From Hydrolagus affinis (lineage: Eukaryota), in NCBI GenBank assembly GCA_012026655.1, contig JAAILG010001070.1:1-64000 (forward strand): a DNA stretch of 64,000 nucleotides, given 5' to 3'. Positions 34,901 to 49,900 of this stretch are shown one piece after another. The notes beneath the pieces are model-generated. The model saw only the letters and a program-made list of their open reading frames with translations, was not told the DNA's origin and made no database searches. Made by a program: the position numbers and the translations under genes. Position 1 is the first letter of the stretch, and the number at the start of each line of letters is the position of its first letter.

Positions 34901-37900
34901 ATGAGTCATAACTTGATAGAATGTATTTAACTTTACATTGCCTTCAAATTTATTAGATATTTTATCATCTGAACCTCAGCACAGGAGATATACTGATGGG
35001 GAAAAAGTCCCTTCTGACCATTTAAAGGCATCTGAAAAGGAAAAAATCAAAGGTTATGGAGTGGGGGAAAGGCAGTGGAGTGGGACTAAATGATTTGTTC
35101 TTATGGAGATGATCACAGGTGTGATGGACCAAATGGCCTTTTCTGTGCTGAAACATGATTTTAAACTTGTCATTGATTTATTTTTCTTTCTAAGTGTATC
35201 TCTGGCACCAGTATCAAAGTAGCAATACAAAACCGTTTTTGTGTGCAATCATCTATTTCACCTTTTATTCAGTTACATTTGACGTATACATTATTTCACT
35301 TAAAGCGAAGAGCAGTCCCACAGTTACTGGATGTATTTAACTTTGGGCAAATCAAAACTATTTCAAAACAAATGAAGGTTAGATTTTAATTTAATATGAT
35401 TAGCTTTCCAAAGTGAATAGGTCACTTAGTTTATCCATACAGATTTCCCACATAATTCTTGTTTACTGGCTTTTTTTCCAGGATGTATCTTATTAATTCC
35501 CCTGTTGTGAGAGCAGAAAATTTACGGTTTAAAGAGGATGGAGTGAGAGACATTCTAAAGGATGTGTTCCTGCCTTGGTATAATGCCTACAGATTCCTGG
35601 TTCAGAATGTGCAGCGATTGCATAAGGTAAGGAGTGTTGTGTGTGTAGAGCTTGTAAAATGCTTGTGGCCTGAGTGTGGATGTGCTAATGTGTATGGATT
35701 GGCATATTGGTGGAGATCTGGAGATAAAATAGATTTGACTTTTCATTTGGAATATGAACAGAGAGGCGGTGTAAAGGTATCTCCGTGTCATTGGCAAATG
35801 CTTCTTTCCAGGAAGAGGGTGTCCAGTTTCTTTACAATGAAAACACAGTTGAAAACAGTGACAACTTCATGGATAAATGGATACTTTCATTCACACAATC
35901 TCTGATCCAGTTTTTCAAAGCAGAAATGGGTGGTATGTATAAATCATTTTTAATTATTAAAAGGCCAATCATTGGTTCATAACATGGCTTATGATCTCCA
36001 GGATATGTAATCCACCCTCCTGATCTGTATTGGAGCCTCTCACTGCCGCTCTGTCCTTCAGTGGAGTCTCGTGGGCCAGGCAGTATGTTGTCAATCTGAC
36101 TTGTCCATCGAGGACTGAAACTCACTCCTGCATTGGAGACTAGAATAACAACTACTTATACTTATGCAGAGCTTAATATTGGTGAGTCTGATACTGAGCT
36201 GGTGGGTGTGGGGAGGGAGGGAAGGGTGACTATCAATGAAGTCTAGAATTCACAGCACCTGGTCTCGGCTAAGCTATGTGTTTGAGTGACAAGCATCCAC
36301 AGCATCTTGGCTGAGAATGGAGTGTGGGATCTTTGTAAATAAAATGAAATAAACTTTTTTGCTTACTATTTAAAGCCAGTTGTTGTCAATTATTGTCAGA
36401 TGATCCTAAACCTCTTGTACTGTAAACTTCAGATGAAACCCATGCAGCAACATTTCTAAAATCATAACAGCAGCATTTTTTTTATTTTTTATAAAGCTTA
36501 CAAACTTTACACTGTGGTGCCCAGACTCATCAAGTTTGTTGATATGCTAACCAACTGGTATGTGAGAATGAACCGCAGAAGATTAAAGGTAGGTCTGAAG
36601 TAATCCTGTGAGTTTTTGCAGTTTTTATCCTGTATAATAAATAATAAGATATAATAAATAATAATAATCCTTGGATTTGATATAGCCCTTGAGTGTTTAT
36701 TTGGGGCTAGAATAAACTTTTATGGTGTCTTTATAGGTTTCTAATGAACAAATTCATTTGTGTTCTGGATAGTAGATAACTACTATGCCATGGCGTTTTC
36801 GTGCTTTGTCACCAGAGGAACAAAATACAAATCTGTGATTTACTTGTGCAGTGAATTCGTACATGAAATTTTTGTGGATTTTTTTTTTTAAGTGCTACTG
36901 CCTGTGAATAGTTGAGAATGTTCTTTGCAGATATCTGTATTTGAGATGACCAGGCATTGTCAACTCTAGACTTGGCAAACTGTTGCTTTTTCCTTTAATT
37001 AAGAATTTCACACTCTTTGCTCTTTTTTAGGGTGAAAATGGCACCGAAGACTGCCAGCGAGCTATGGAGACCTTATTCGGTGTGTTGTTCAGTTTGTGCC
37101 GGCTTATGGTAAGCAGTTTAAGTCTGTTTTAAAGTCAAGTGACTAGCAAATTAGATCTCTTTCAGATTGCTTCAACATTTCATTATCATGACTTTGAGGT
37201 ACTGTAGAGTTACTTTGAGATTATGTAGGTAGATGTGAAGGGATAATATTGATATAAAGCAGACTACTGCTGCATTTGTTTCCTTATTTCCTGTTGGGAC
37301 GTCCTCCCAACGTGAAAGGCGCTCCAAATGTTGTTGTTGATTTGCAAAGTTGATTGAGATCTCTCTTCAAGCTGAAGGGTAACTTGCCATCTCAATAGGT
37401 CCCAACCCCCTGACAAGCAACTTGTTTAGCTTTAGCTGCAATCTGCATTTTTTGTCTTGCGTGTTTATGGCTTTGGTCACCGCCATTCTGTTTCTTAAGC
37501 AAAGAACTGTATATATTTAGGGATCCTGCCTGCTCTAATCCTAATTCCCTGCTCTGTACCTGTGCCCAATTCTGTTCTCTTCAAATGTTTACCAATTCTG
37601 TTTAAAATTTTATGGTATTAACTACAATAGCCACAATTTGTGCAATTTTGCTGGTTGAAGTAGGAAATCATATAGGTTTAAAATATACTCCTCAACAATT
37701 TATGATCTGTCCATAATGTGAATTTAAAAATAAACATTATATGCAAGATATAAATGTATTCCATTAATAGGACTCAAGGGTGACAAATTGGGATGGTACA
37801 TTCTCAGTAATTAGTCACTTGAATTTCTTGACTCTAGTTGTTGCAGATCATCTTGCTTGACCCAAATTGCAAAGCTGAGAATTATCAGTTCATTGCTGAC

Positions 37901-40900
37901 TGAGAAAGGTATTAACATGGGATGGCAGTTATTAATTTGCATGCAATGAACTAGTTATTTCTGATGTGATCTGAGCACAGTAACTCTGTCTCTCCAATTC
38001 ATACCTGTCCCACGTCAATCTAGTTTATTCATTTTATTCCAGGTGTGTGCTACTCTGGTTTGTGCCTCTGGCTTCTATAATTCTCTTCATTCTAGATTTT
38101 TGCATGCACGTCTAGAGCAAGTGGTAGAATTTTTAAGTACTTGGAGACAGCCAAGTGTTTTGAATATATATATATATATATATATAAATAATAATCTTTG
38201 CATTTCATATAGCACTTTTCACGTCTTCTAAATATCTCAAAATCTTCACAGAATATACTGTAAGGTGAATTGACTGTATATTTGTGGGTGAATATCTTTC
38301 TATACCTCCCAACATGAAATGTAATTTTGTTGTACCGCTCTGTAAACACACATTAATTAGCCACGCAAGCCTGAGAATTCATCACCATTCCCTTTGCTTT
38401 GTAATTTGTTTGAGGTGTTTGTCAATTATTATTCATTTAATCTTGATCGTTTTGCTTAATCTGTATCATTGGCTTTTGTCTTACACCACTCATTGTGTAA
38501 CGTTTATAATAATGTTTTGAGTTCCACTGTCCTGTCCCCTGTTGTTGATTAAATTTGTTAAGAATACTCACTCACATCCTTTTGAAAGTTACTTTCTCTG
38601 TTTATAAACTTGAAACTTTGTAGAGTTGAATTGAAGTTTGTAATACTAGTGGCATTATCAATCCTTTTTCACAACTTGATATTGTGATACCACAGGCCCC
38701 CTTTACTCCATTCATCACTGAACTAATGTACCAGAATTTAAGACACCTAATAGACCCAGCTTCTGTTCAAGAAAAAGATGCCCGAAGCATTCACTACCTC
38801 ATGCTTCCTCAGGTCAGGTATGGAACCTTTTCAGTGCCTTCACATCATTGGAAAATAATATTTTATTTGGGGTTCAGAATAATTGTGAGAGGAGACAGTA
38901 CTAATCATGTGAGAATTACCAAAGTAATGAGGTGTGCTAACAGTAAAAAAAAACACACATTCTCCCGATTGCCTCCGAATAAGATGCATTCAATGGCTTC
39001 ATCAGCCGATTGACTGAGTGCAGATGTGGATCTCCAAGTGGTGCTGTTTTCCTTTACACTCACTTGCTCTCCTGTTCTCCAGTGACCTGTAAATAAACCA
39101 AATCTCATCTGCACTTGCATTTCATAAATAAAATTAGAATTTCTGGCACACCATGATACAAGTTAACCCTGTGTGGCAGGTTACAATGAACTGTGCTTCT
39201 CACTGTAATAAATTATGTGTTCATTAATTTGTCCAGTACAATGAAAATCAGTAGAGCCAGCAGGAAATGATAGTTTTATGAGCCCCTTTGTAGACAGTGG
39301 GAGCATAATGGCCTTGTTAATGTTGTAATAGGTACTGCTGGAGTGGAGAAGATGCTTTTTTATATTAGGGTTAAAATGAGGGATATGGTGGGAAACATTT
39401 TTTGTGCAATACATTTTACTCTTCTGTTCATGAATAATAGAGTAGCAAAGATGTTAGTAATAACCTAAAAGTCAAATGAAATGTCCTTGAATTTTTTTAG
39501 ATTGTTTTAAAAAAGCATACGTGACATTTGCAATATGAAATGAGACTCCTAGAGTTTTCATTTAATTAATTTAATTTATTTGCCCCCCTCAGCATTTACA
39601 GTCCGTTCTACTAATCACATTGTAGGTGGCAGTGCTTCAAAATGACTATTATGCTGCAGGATTTTCTGAACATTAACTTAAAGTGGAATTTCAAAGCCCA
39701 GTTGGCATCATCTTTTGGTTAGTGATCAATCTGAGTTTGGGTTGAGTAATGTACACCCCTGTCGCGCATATACAAAGGTGAGAAAAAATGACACATTTGG
39801 CAGGACTTTTAGTTTAAGACATTTCTACAGTTTAAAAACAACTTCAAACCTATATTATAAAACAAGTGAAATTGACCTTGTAATCTTGCAGTATTTTGAA
39901 TGTGTTGATCGCACATTTCTTCATCTTCCTGCTTTCTTGTTGGCTGTGTTGATGGACAGATCTCCCCAGTTAGTTATTGGAAGTAATACTATACAGTATT
40001 GAAATACCTTCCTGAGACTCTTAGCTAGAGAAACGCATCAACAACGTTCGTGTCGTGGGATCCTTCTGGATTATAAATTGGCAATGGTAAGTGTGGTGCT
40101 GTAGCACACTGTGTATAAAACTATCCACATCTCTGATTGAGCATGTTATTTTGTTCCAGGGAATCTGTCATTGACAAGCGCATTGAAGGTGCAGTTGCTC
40201 ACATGCAGTCAGTTATTGAACTTGGACGGGTGATCCGAGACAGGAAGACACTGCCCATCAAGGTTTGCCTTTGTTGTTTTTTACTACCTATCATTTCCTT
40301 TACCAATCTACCAGTCAAGCCAAGCAATGACAGCAGAACCAATGGGTGATAAGTTTGAATTATCCCTGTTTAACAATCTATTTACGCAAACAATGAGTGT
40401 TAGTGTGTAATCATTCAGAGTTTATTTTGTTTATTTAAATGGGTTTTGATTATTTTAAATGTTTTACTGGTACATTTACTATGTAAAATTCTAGTTTCGT
40501 TAAATCTCTGATTCAAAAGAGCAAAGTTACTTGTTTTCCCTTCAGTATCCATTGAAGGAAGTTGTAATCATTCACCAGGATTCTGAAGCTCTGAAAGACA
40601 TTCGATCCTTGGAGAAATATATCCTGGAGGTAAGTTGTTGTCTTTTTTGTAAACAATCAGTTAACAAGAACTGTTGGTTATTTTAACTGAATGGTGTTAG
40701 TTTGTCTATGAAATCATTATTTGCAAGACCAAGAGGGGTCTTGTAAGGAAACAGGAAAAATTTATTATTCCACTTGTCACGTAAAAAGTACCTTCAGAAT
40801 TTCTTCCACGTTTTCGCTGCACGAAAGATGGACTTTTCCAGCTATTTAAAAGGAAATATTAGACAATATTTTACTGGAGGATTCCCATGCCTAATGCAAC

Positions 40901-43900
40901 TTGATGGTGTAATGAGATGTCATTCCGTCTGATGGACAGGACAGTAGGTGCTTTAGGGCTTCATTCATTTTAGAAGCATGTTACATGCTTTTCTGTGTGT
41001 GTTACAATTCCTACTGTTTTTACTAGTGTGAAATTTTAAAGTGAAAAATTACCTTTTCCAGTAATTAAACTTTCCCATCACAAACAAACTGTTCAAGAAA
41101 GCTGCACCCGAGTAAGGTTTTGGAGAAAGACATTTATCAGAATTCAATCTGGATCATGAATTGTGGGCACTTAAATAATAAGTTGTTAGCAATTAACTTT
41201 AGGCCATATACAGTGTATATAATATATATATATTTATATGTTGGAGATGTTTTTAAATATTTACTTTGCAAAAAAAATCCGAAGTTCAGTACAATAGTAC
41301 AGATTATTTATCATTTTTCTCCATACTATAAATGCATCTATTTTATGTTAAAAAAAAATCCCCCAAATCAACGAGTAGATTTGCCAGTAGCGATTGAGTG
41401 GCCAGGTTTTGTGACTGTTCACTGAGTCTGGTGACTGTTCATCGGCCTTTAGCTCGGGTGACTGGGATGGCACTACCTCATTTGGCAGAGATCCCTGTGA
41501 ATCTGTTTGGCATCTCTGCGCAAATACTTCAGGCATAAAATTGGCAGTTTCACTAAGTGAGACGGAAAATGTGTCTTTATACGGAGAGTGAAAACGTAAA
41601 ATAAACCTCCTGTGGGCGCACACTGTCAGCAGTTCTAAGAGGGAATTAAATAGCTGTTTGGTGAAGGATTGATTTGAAGGGAATAACAACCCTTATTTAA
41701 TATAGCGCTTTTCGTGTCTTCTAGACGTCTCAAAGCGCTTCACAGATTATACTGTAAAATGAATTGACTATATATTTGTGGGCCAGTAATTTGGACTATT
41801 TGTGGGACACTTCTGTGCGGTAGATAGTCCAAATTATTGTTTGTTTTTTAGGGGATTATTATCAAGCGTGTGGGGTAAGGAAACTTTCCCAAGGTTTGCC
41901 CAGATCTGCCGGGAATCGAACCCAGGTGTCTCGCTTGTGAGGCGAGTGCTCTAACCAGTGTAGTGTAACGTTGGACACAGCAGTCTATTCCAATCCAGCA
42001 TATTCATCTGTTGGAAATGTTATCCTGCTTCTGAGGCGAACTTCTTTTAAAGCAGCTCACATGTCACTATCGAATGATTCCTCATTGTAGCTGGGCTGCC
42101 CTTTTGGTAGTTTGTCCTTGCATCTGCAATGCTTTAAATCTTGGCAGTAAATGGTGAGTCTATAATGTGTGTTCAGCATAGATATATGTACTGTTGGACA
42201 GCAGTTTTGTAACACGTTTGCACTTAATCCTACGAATGTGCAAACGTGCAGCCGGGTGGGTATATTGTGTTGTTCGGGGAGACTGAATGTTACATGCTGC
42301 ATGCTTTCCAGGGGAAGCTAATCCCCTTTGTTGATTAAATTGAAACATATTAAGACTCTGGATTACCCTTAAATCATACTTCTGATATCTTTTGTGTTCA
42401 CTGAAATATTTTAAGACAAAGTAATTGTTCTCCAAGCTCATGGTATTGGAGCACGTACCAGCATAATGGCCAAATAAAATTGCTTTGTGAAAGACTTCTG
42501 AAACCATACGTTTGAGAAAATTAAATTGCTCTAAGGTTATCAATCATATACATAGTTTAATTTGGAAAATCCTGTGCAAGAGAAATGACTATCTTTGCGG
42601 TAATATTCTATCACATTCATTCAGAATAGTATTACGAGTTGAAAATTTCATCTTGGCATAAGATCAGACTTATTTTTGTCCAGATTCATTGGAGAAAACA
42701 ATGTTTACTATTGTACAGTACTTTGCATGCTGAGTTTCTCCTGGTGGCGATGGTTTAGTGTGTGCTGACTTTGTGTAGGAGATAATAATAAAATGTGATC
42801 TCAGTACTATTTTTACCTTTTCTTTATTTTGGAGCAAATGTCTTCATCAAGTAATGCCAGCTCGACGGCAGATCTTAATATAAAGTGAATTGTTGAGCAG
42901 GGAAGAGCCTGACTAACGCATGGACGCACACTGCTGCAGCATGGCTTCTGCTGCTCCAACCTGTTATTTAAGAGGGAAAAAAAATCCTCAAGATGCTGTC
43001 ATAGGCAGAATCTGGTCTTAAATTGCGTGCACTGGGTAGAGGTTTGGACTCTCGGATATATAGAAAAAAATCCTGAAATTTTTAGGAAAGGATTGTGAGT
43101 GGTCCCTGACTGGATAGGTTTTCTGGCTCCAACTGAAGACTGATCCAGCATAAAGCATTGGACAGGAAAGAGTAATTGTCCTATCAAGTCTGTTCTTTCT
43201 GGAGACCATGCCTGTCACCTTCACATCACATATTTGAAGATTACTGCAAGGTTGTGCTATTTGGCAGCTATGGTAGCCATTAATGAAGCTGGAGAAGGGA
43301 AGGATCTGGGTGCCATGATTTATTAACCAAAGGCTTCCAGTCAATGAAGCTGCTGCATACGAAGCCAAACGAATACCAAGTTTAAGTTGCCTGTATGTTG
43401 AGGGCATTTGACTGTGAATCGAAATGTTGTCTTAACCTTGCCCTTAATGTCAGCTTGAATTTGAGTGAGCCGCGCAGACTTGACATTCAATTCTGGTGGG
43501 AACTATTTACATTATTCTGGGGTGTACTGGAAAATGAATCCCAGTCCGTGGAGGAATTGTGATCACATTAATCATAGCGAGAGGAATTCTATCCTCACCA
43601 TTATCAATAAGATATATTTTTATTATGTATGTATTTAAAACTTTGGTCATCTTAATTTCCATCTGATATGTTATTTAATATTTGTCCAAAGTTTGCTCTT
43701 TATTGGAAAGTATATAAAGTATGGGTTATTGTTATGTCTCATAGGAAATAAACACTCTTATGTTGCTGATTAACAAGCGAATGACTGCTGATGACTATTT
43801 ATGACTGAGTGATTGTGTACGAGTGCCTTTCTGTCTCGTTCTCTGCAAATTAATCCTGATGAATATTTATCACTAATGTCACTTAATGCCTTGAAAATAA

Positions 43901-46900
43901 TGTGGAGTAAAATGACAGTGCATCTTGACTGTATTCTATTCCTCAGCCTCACAGTACTATCAGTAGCCAAGTTTCAAATTAATGTAAGTGTTTCTGACAT
44001 CTTCAGAATATAAAATGCCAAAAACTGTGTAAAATATTATAACAAGGCTGAATTATGTTCAACCATCTTTATACTGAATTTTGATGGGAATTTAATACTG
44101 TACTATAATGGACTAACACCCCCAAACTTGTGAACAGTATAACTCATTGGTTACACAGTACGTCTTGTAGTGCAGCCTGCGAGGGGTGCCTATGCAGTCA
44201 ATGCAAGATGCAAATATAATCCAGAGGTGTTTGTGTTTACAAATAGGTTTTATTAAGTCATGGAAGTTTACATACAGAAAATAAGGAAAGAAAGAATAAA
44301 TGGTAATAGGATTTGCATGATCTGATTTTAATTTGGAGGATTCAATACTCTCTAAGTATCTAATGCTCAAGGTGGAGGAGTCCTGAAGCTCGGTAGTTAG
44401 AGAACTTGCCTCGCAAGCGAGAGACCCGGGTTTGATTCCTGTCAAGGCAAAACCTTATGCAAGGCTTCTTACTCCATACGCCTAATTATAATCCTTCAAG
44501 AAAAAAAACAGTAATAAAATTAGTCACTCCAATCCACTACTGTTTGCAGGACGCTGCTCTGCACAATTGGATGCCATGCTTCACCCACAAAGTATACAGT
44601 CAATTCACTTTACAGTATATTCTGTGAAGCGCTTTTAGAAATCCAGAAGACATGAAAAGGCGCTATTTCAAATGCAAGGATTATTATAATACTGTAACTT
44701 TGAGGCATTTTACACATGAAGAAAGCTGCTGACGGGAGAAAATATTCACATTTGTCCAACTTGCTAATTGATTATTAAGATGTTCAGGGCATAATTCATA
44801 ATATTGTTTCTTTTTTGAATTTGTATTAGAATTAGCAGCAGTAGTTTTGCAATTATGATTATGAATTGAGAGAGGTTGTACTTGTTTTCTGGGCGGATAT
44901 ATGGAAAAGGGAACAACGTTACCTTATTAGCAGGGCATTCATTCTATTGGAATTGCATGTCTTTAGTTGCGTTCTGAGACACCACCTAGTATGGAGGGCA
45001 CTATATGAGTTGTTGTTTTGTTATTTTTTCGCAAGAACCAGAAAGTTCTGAATGGAGTAAATTGGCCTTCCCTGCATTTATCGCACTCTGCTGTCTGAAC
45101 AATATAAAGCAGTATTAAGAATTTTTTGTGTACTTTTTCAGGATTTAATATTTTAGAGAAACTACATACAGTTAAAGATGCCATGAGGCACAGTGCAATG
45201 TAGCTAGTTGCAGGTACTGTCATGTTCTCATCCTACTTTGTTGACTTTCTCACAGTTACTGTTATCAAACACATCTTGATGCTTTTTATCAACTTTAGTT
45301 TCCGCATCCTAAAGAAAGCATTTTTTTTTCAATCTCCCTATTATCCTTTGGGGGGTGATGGAGAGAGATAAAGCTTTGTATCCTTGCTCTGACATTTTGG
45401 TAATCTGGTGTCTTTATTTTCAGTTTAATCTGTTGTTAGTTCTGCTACACACAAAATTGGTTAATTATTTTTGTCTATTCAGTCCTTTGCCTGAATTGTT
45501 GGCAGTGTTCCATCATGTAAAATCATTGACCTGTGGTTCATTGTATGTTGATCACCTAATCCTGAAGGGTGTTTACCTTCTGACTAAATTGCAGTGACAT
45601 AAGCTTTGGAAGTTGGTGTTGGACTGAAACACATTTTAATGTTACAATATCTGTATTTGCTTCAAAAGGGGCACAATGAGAAGATTTTGATTACCTGGGC
45701 TGGTGGAAAACTATCTTGGCCGTAATGACGCCATTTCTTGAACAGAAGGGTCAAAATGACCAATTGGAGAGGATTTGGGTGTTAACCTTTGTGTTCGGTC
45801 GCTGATTGCCAGGCAATGTGAGCAGGGCTGTTCTGGTTCTGCAACAACAAAAGGTGCAGTTTTGAGTGGAATATCCTTGTGCTATTGCAATATCCAGTGC
45901 TATTTTCCTTGTCGATAAATTGCGTAGATCAGTAACATATTTGCACAGCCTCAAGGGAAGCAGGAGCTACACTTGGTTTGTGTTCTGCCTTTGTGTCCCA
46001 ATGATGGATTGGGAAGAGGAATTAGGCTTTGAAATGGAAGCTTGATTCACTTATGTACACTGTACTCGCTCTATGCTATTCCTCTTGCAGTTTGTTAATG
46101 AGCTGAAAATAAATCAGAAAATCTGTACAGCAGTTATAGCTCATTAAAACAACCCAAAGTTGGATTGGAAGGGAGTCCTGTAGGAATCATTTCTTGAAAG
46201 ACCAGATGTGAAATACCTGCTATTTTAATGTGTGTGTAAGAATGCAACCGGCATCTAACACCTGCATTAAACACTTGTAACATGCTATACAGGTTTAAAC
46301 TCCTGTTACATGCTAAATTAAACACCTGTAACATGCATTGTAAAAAATTTCATTGATCAGCAACCACAGAATTACACTTGTATAGTGCCTTAGGGCTAAC
46401 TTGATAAGCACATGATGACTCTGACTCTTAACTTTTGTTCCTCAACACTTTATGGTGATTAAAACTGGTGAATTTGTGAAATGTAACAGAATCATGTGTA
46501 GATATATGTGATTCCTGACTGTGTATATATAATTACCCTTGGATTTGATATAGTGTTACATCATCACAATGTCTCAGCAATTTGTGCACAAACATCCATG
46601 AAGTGAATGACCAGTTTTATGTGGAGGTTATTGGCCAGTCCACCCAGAGAGATTGTCTTTCTTGTGGAAGGAGCTGCAAAGTCAGGGTTGTGTACTTCAG
46701 AAGAGCCTGGGCACTTGCAAATTTCAGTTTCTAAAGCAGTTAGGTTTTCATTTTGTTTATTTGGTTTCATACCAGTAGCTTCAGACATTTGTAAACAGGG
46801 CAGGTTATTATTTAAATCCTTCAAAGATATTTTGGTTCTAATAATTAAACCACCAAGAACATTTGAGTGGATGATGGGCTTCAGTTTAGCTTTTGTGAAC

Positions 46901-49900
46901 AAAAACAACACATCGACTTGCGCTTATGTAGCGCCCTCCAGAGCACTTTACAGTGATGGAGTCTGACTCCGAGCTGGGGGAGAGGTGCCTTAAGCACGAT
47001 GGAAGAGATTTTCAGGCAGGACTTGAAAAAGGAGAGAAAGGGGGCAACGCAGACAGATAGAGGCAGAGTGTTCCAGAGTTTGGGAGCGCAGTGTGCGACC
47101 TAAGGTGGGTGGAGGGTGTGAGGAACGAGCAGGAGGCTGGTGTCAGTTGAGTATAGAGGCTGGGTGGTGGATTGGGGAGTGAGGAGGTTGGAGAGGTAGG
47201 GAGTGAGTGGATCTTGAAGTCGATCCTTTCGGTAATGGGGAGCTAGTTGGTCCGGTCAGGATGTCCGCAGAGTTGAATCAGTTGGATCTTTTGAATGGTG
47301 GAGCTGGGGAGATCAAAGAGGAGTGTGTTGGAGTAATCCAGGTGGAGGTTACAAAACATGAGGGTTTCAGCTGCATTTGGTAGAGTGGGCAATGTGGCGG
47401 AGGTGGAAGAAGGTGGTCCTGGTCAGGGACCAGATGTGGGAGGAAGGGAGGACAGCTTGGGGCCGAACCGAAATCGTAGCAGAATAAATGGAGGGAATTC
47501 TGGTCATTATATACAATGGAATCTGACTATGCTCTGCTTCACTGCACTTGAGAATATCAGATAATTGTCACTCTACTGTGACACTGAAAAAAGGCATTGT
47601 CTCATTTTAATGCCCTTTTGAAAATCTTCAGACAAAGCATTTTATTTATTTTGCAGTAAATCAGGTTCCCATTTTAAAGCTGATCTCTTCTGGTAACTGT
47701 CACTGAGAAGTCGTTGAGTTGCTTTGCAATAGGATAGGAAGCCGTTGGATGTTTTTGTAGATGGGTTGAGAATAAATATCAGGTTCACTGTTGGTGGTGA
47801 CTGTAAAAAGAGAAAGATAGTGGAATGCTATCTATAGAACTGGCCACCTATGGTGGCTCCATTTTCCTTGTGTCTCTCACTCAATCCCTCCGCCTTGCCC
47901 ACGTTCTCCCCTCTTTCAAGTCCCGCCTGAAAACATTCCTCTTCAACTGTGCTTATGGCAACCCCCCCCCCCTAGCATTTTTTGCGCATATTATGATCAA
48001 TTTGATTCTATTTTATATCGTTACTTATTTTAGGTGTTTTGATCTGGACTGGATTTGTTTGAGACTTAATGTTAATGCATGGATGAGGCATGTTATTCAC
48101 CTTGTGGCTTCCGCATCCAGCCCAAACTGATCTAATGGAAGGATTGTTCTTTTTCTAATCACAGTTGGCCTAGAATATGGTGTATTTTTGTCTTCTGAGC
48201 AGCTTGGATTTAAGAAAGCAACTGTTCTGACCAAATAATTTCTCTGTTTAAGATCTTTGCATCGTATTATGTTCTGAGGTCAAAATTCCAACTTCCATTC
48301 TATGTTACTGTTCTCATCAGTCGTCAAGTGAGATTGGGATCACTTGCGGGACATGAAAGGAGATAACATTTCAACTTTGCAGCTTCATCTGGATGTTTCC
48401 CACCTCTAGGTTATCCATCAATTCCAATTTATGATTGAATTTAATATTTGCATTTACCTTAGTGCGCTAATACTTTAGTACACGACGATCTGAATTTGTG
48501 TAAATGATCTCCCCTCTGTTTCCTTCCCGTGGGGAGAGGGACTGAAGTAGCTCCCTCTTAATTGCACTTTCTCTAACCAATATTAGTAGCAGATTACAGT
48601 TATAAGTATCTCTTTAGTACCTTCCAACTCTTGCTGTAACTGAATTCAACCCATTATGATGCATTAAACCTGTTACGAATCTTCGTGCTTGCTGCCAATT
48701 CCTCCCCCACTTTAGTCCACTTGGTCATTTGCAATATAGTGAAGCAACAGTAATTATTTTCCAGTAATTATATAGTGTTTCGGATTAAATGTTCAACAAG
48801 TGAGGTGGTTTAAAAGATTGAAGTGGGTGGCACAGATTGAGGACACTTGTGTACACTTGCTTTCAATATGTGGTGGGTAATGTTAGTTGGAGAGCAGAGT
48901 GCTATCTGATGTTTGCCTGTAGAAAATGTTTGTTAAACAATCTGCATCATCAATTTCCATAATTAAATAGTTCCAGTGAGACCAGCCATGGAGGTATTTG
49001 ATATCATAGAAGTGAAGCAGAGGCCTGGCTAATGATGTAACATTCTGCCTGCTGCACCAGTCTGCTCACCAGAACCTCAGTATTTCTTATATAAATCTTT
49101 GGCTGCATTCCTTGAACACGCCAAGAGGAAGGAGATGAAATCTTTCCAGATATTTTTTGTCAGGTGTGACTGAGCCATTTATTTCTAAGAGTTCATTTTG
49201 TTTGAAGTAAAAGCAGTGGTATGAAATGTTTCCAGTGTGTGAGTGCAAAGATGATTGGAGCGATGAGCCCATATTTCAACAGCAACTTCAATCTATTTTG
49301 CTGAGTTTTAACAGGCAGTGACGTTCTTCGGTTCTGTATTTTCTAGAAGTTTCCATTGAGCATGTACAGCTTAATCTGAGTTTCAATTTGTTTCTGATTT
49401 ATTCAACCTTAATATCTAGCGTTTCACAGGATTTACTGTAAAGGGTGTCATTGTGTATTTTGAAGGCGATTGCATCAGTCAATTTGCACACAGCAGTGTT
49501 TCACAACATCAAGTCGATGACCAATTTTATCTGGGGGCTTGTTGACCAGAACACAGCAAGAAACTTTATTTGCACAGCTTTTGGGAGGAGAGATGGCCAC
49601 ATAACTGCACCTGAGCAAAGTGGTAATTGGTAAATCCATGGGAACAGATCCACTGCATTCATTTGGTAACAATTAAACAAATGTTTCACATTTTTAGTAA
49701 TATTATTGCTGTTATAAACCAGGAGAGGCAAAGCATTAACCTGGTTCTAAAGCCTCAGGAAACATCTAAATGCAATGAAATGTTAACCAAGATGTGGACA
49801 AGATTTTTAAAAACAAACGTGATAAATTGGGCCTTCTTTCACTTAAGCTGAGCAGGTTGATTGGCACCCTCATGGAGGTATCCAAGATAATGAAGGATTA

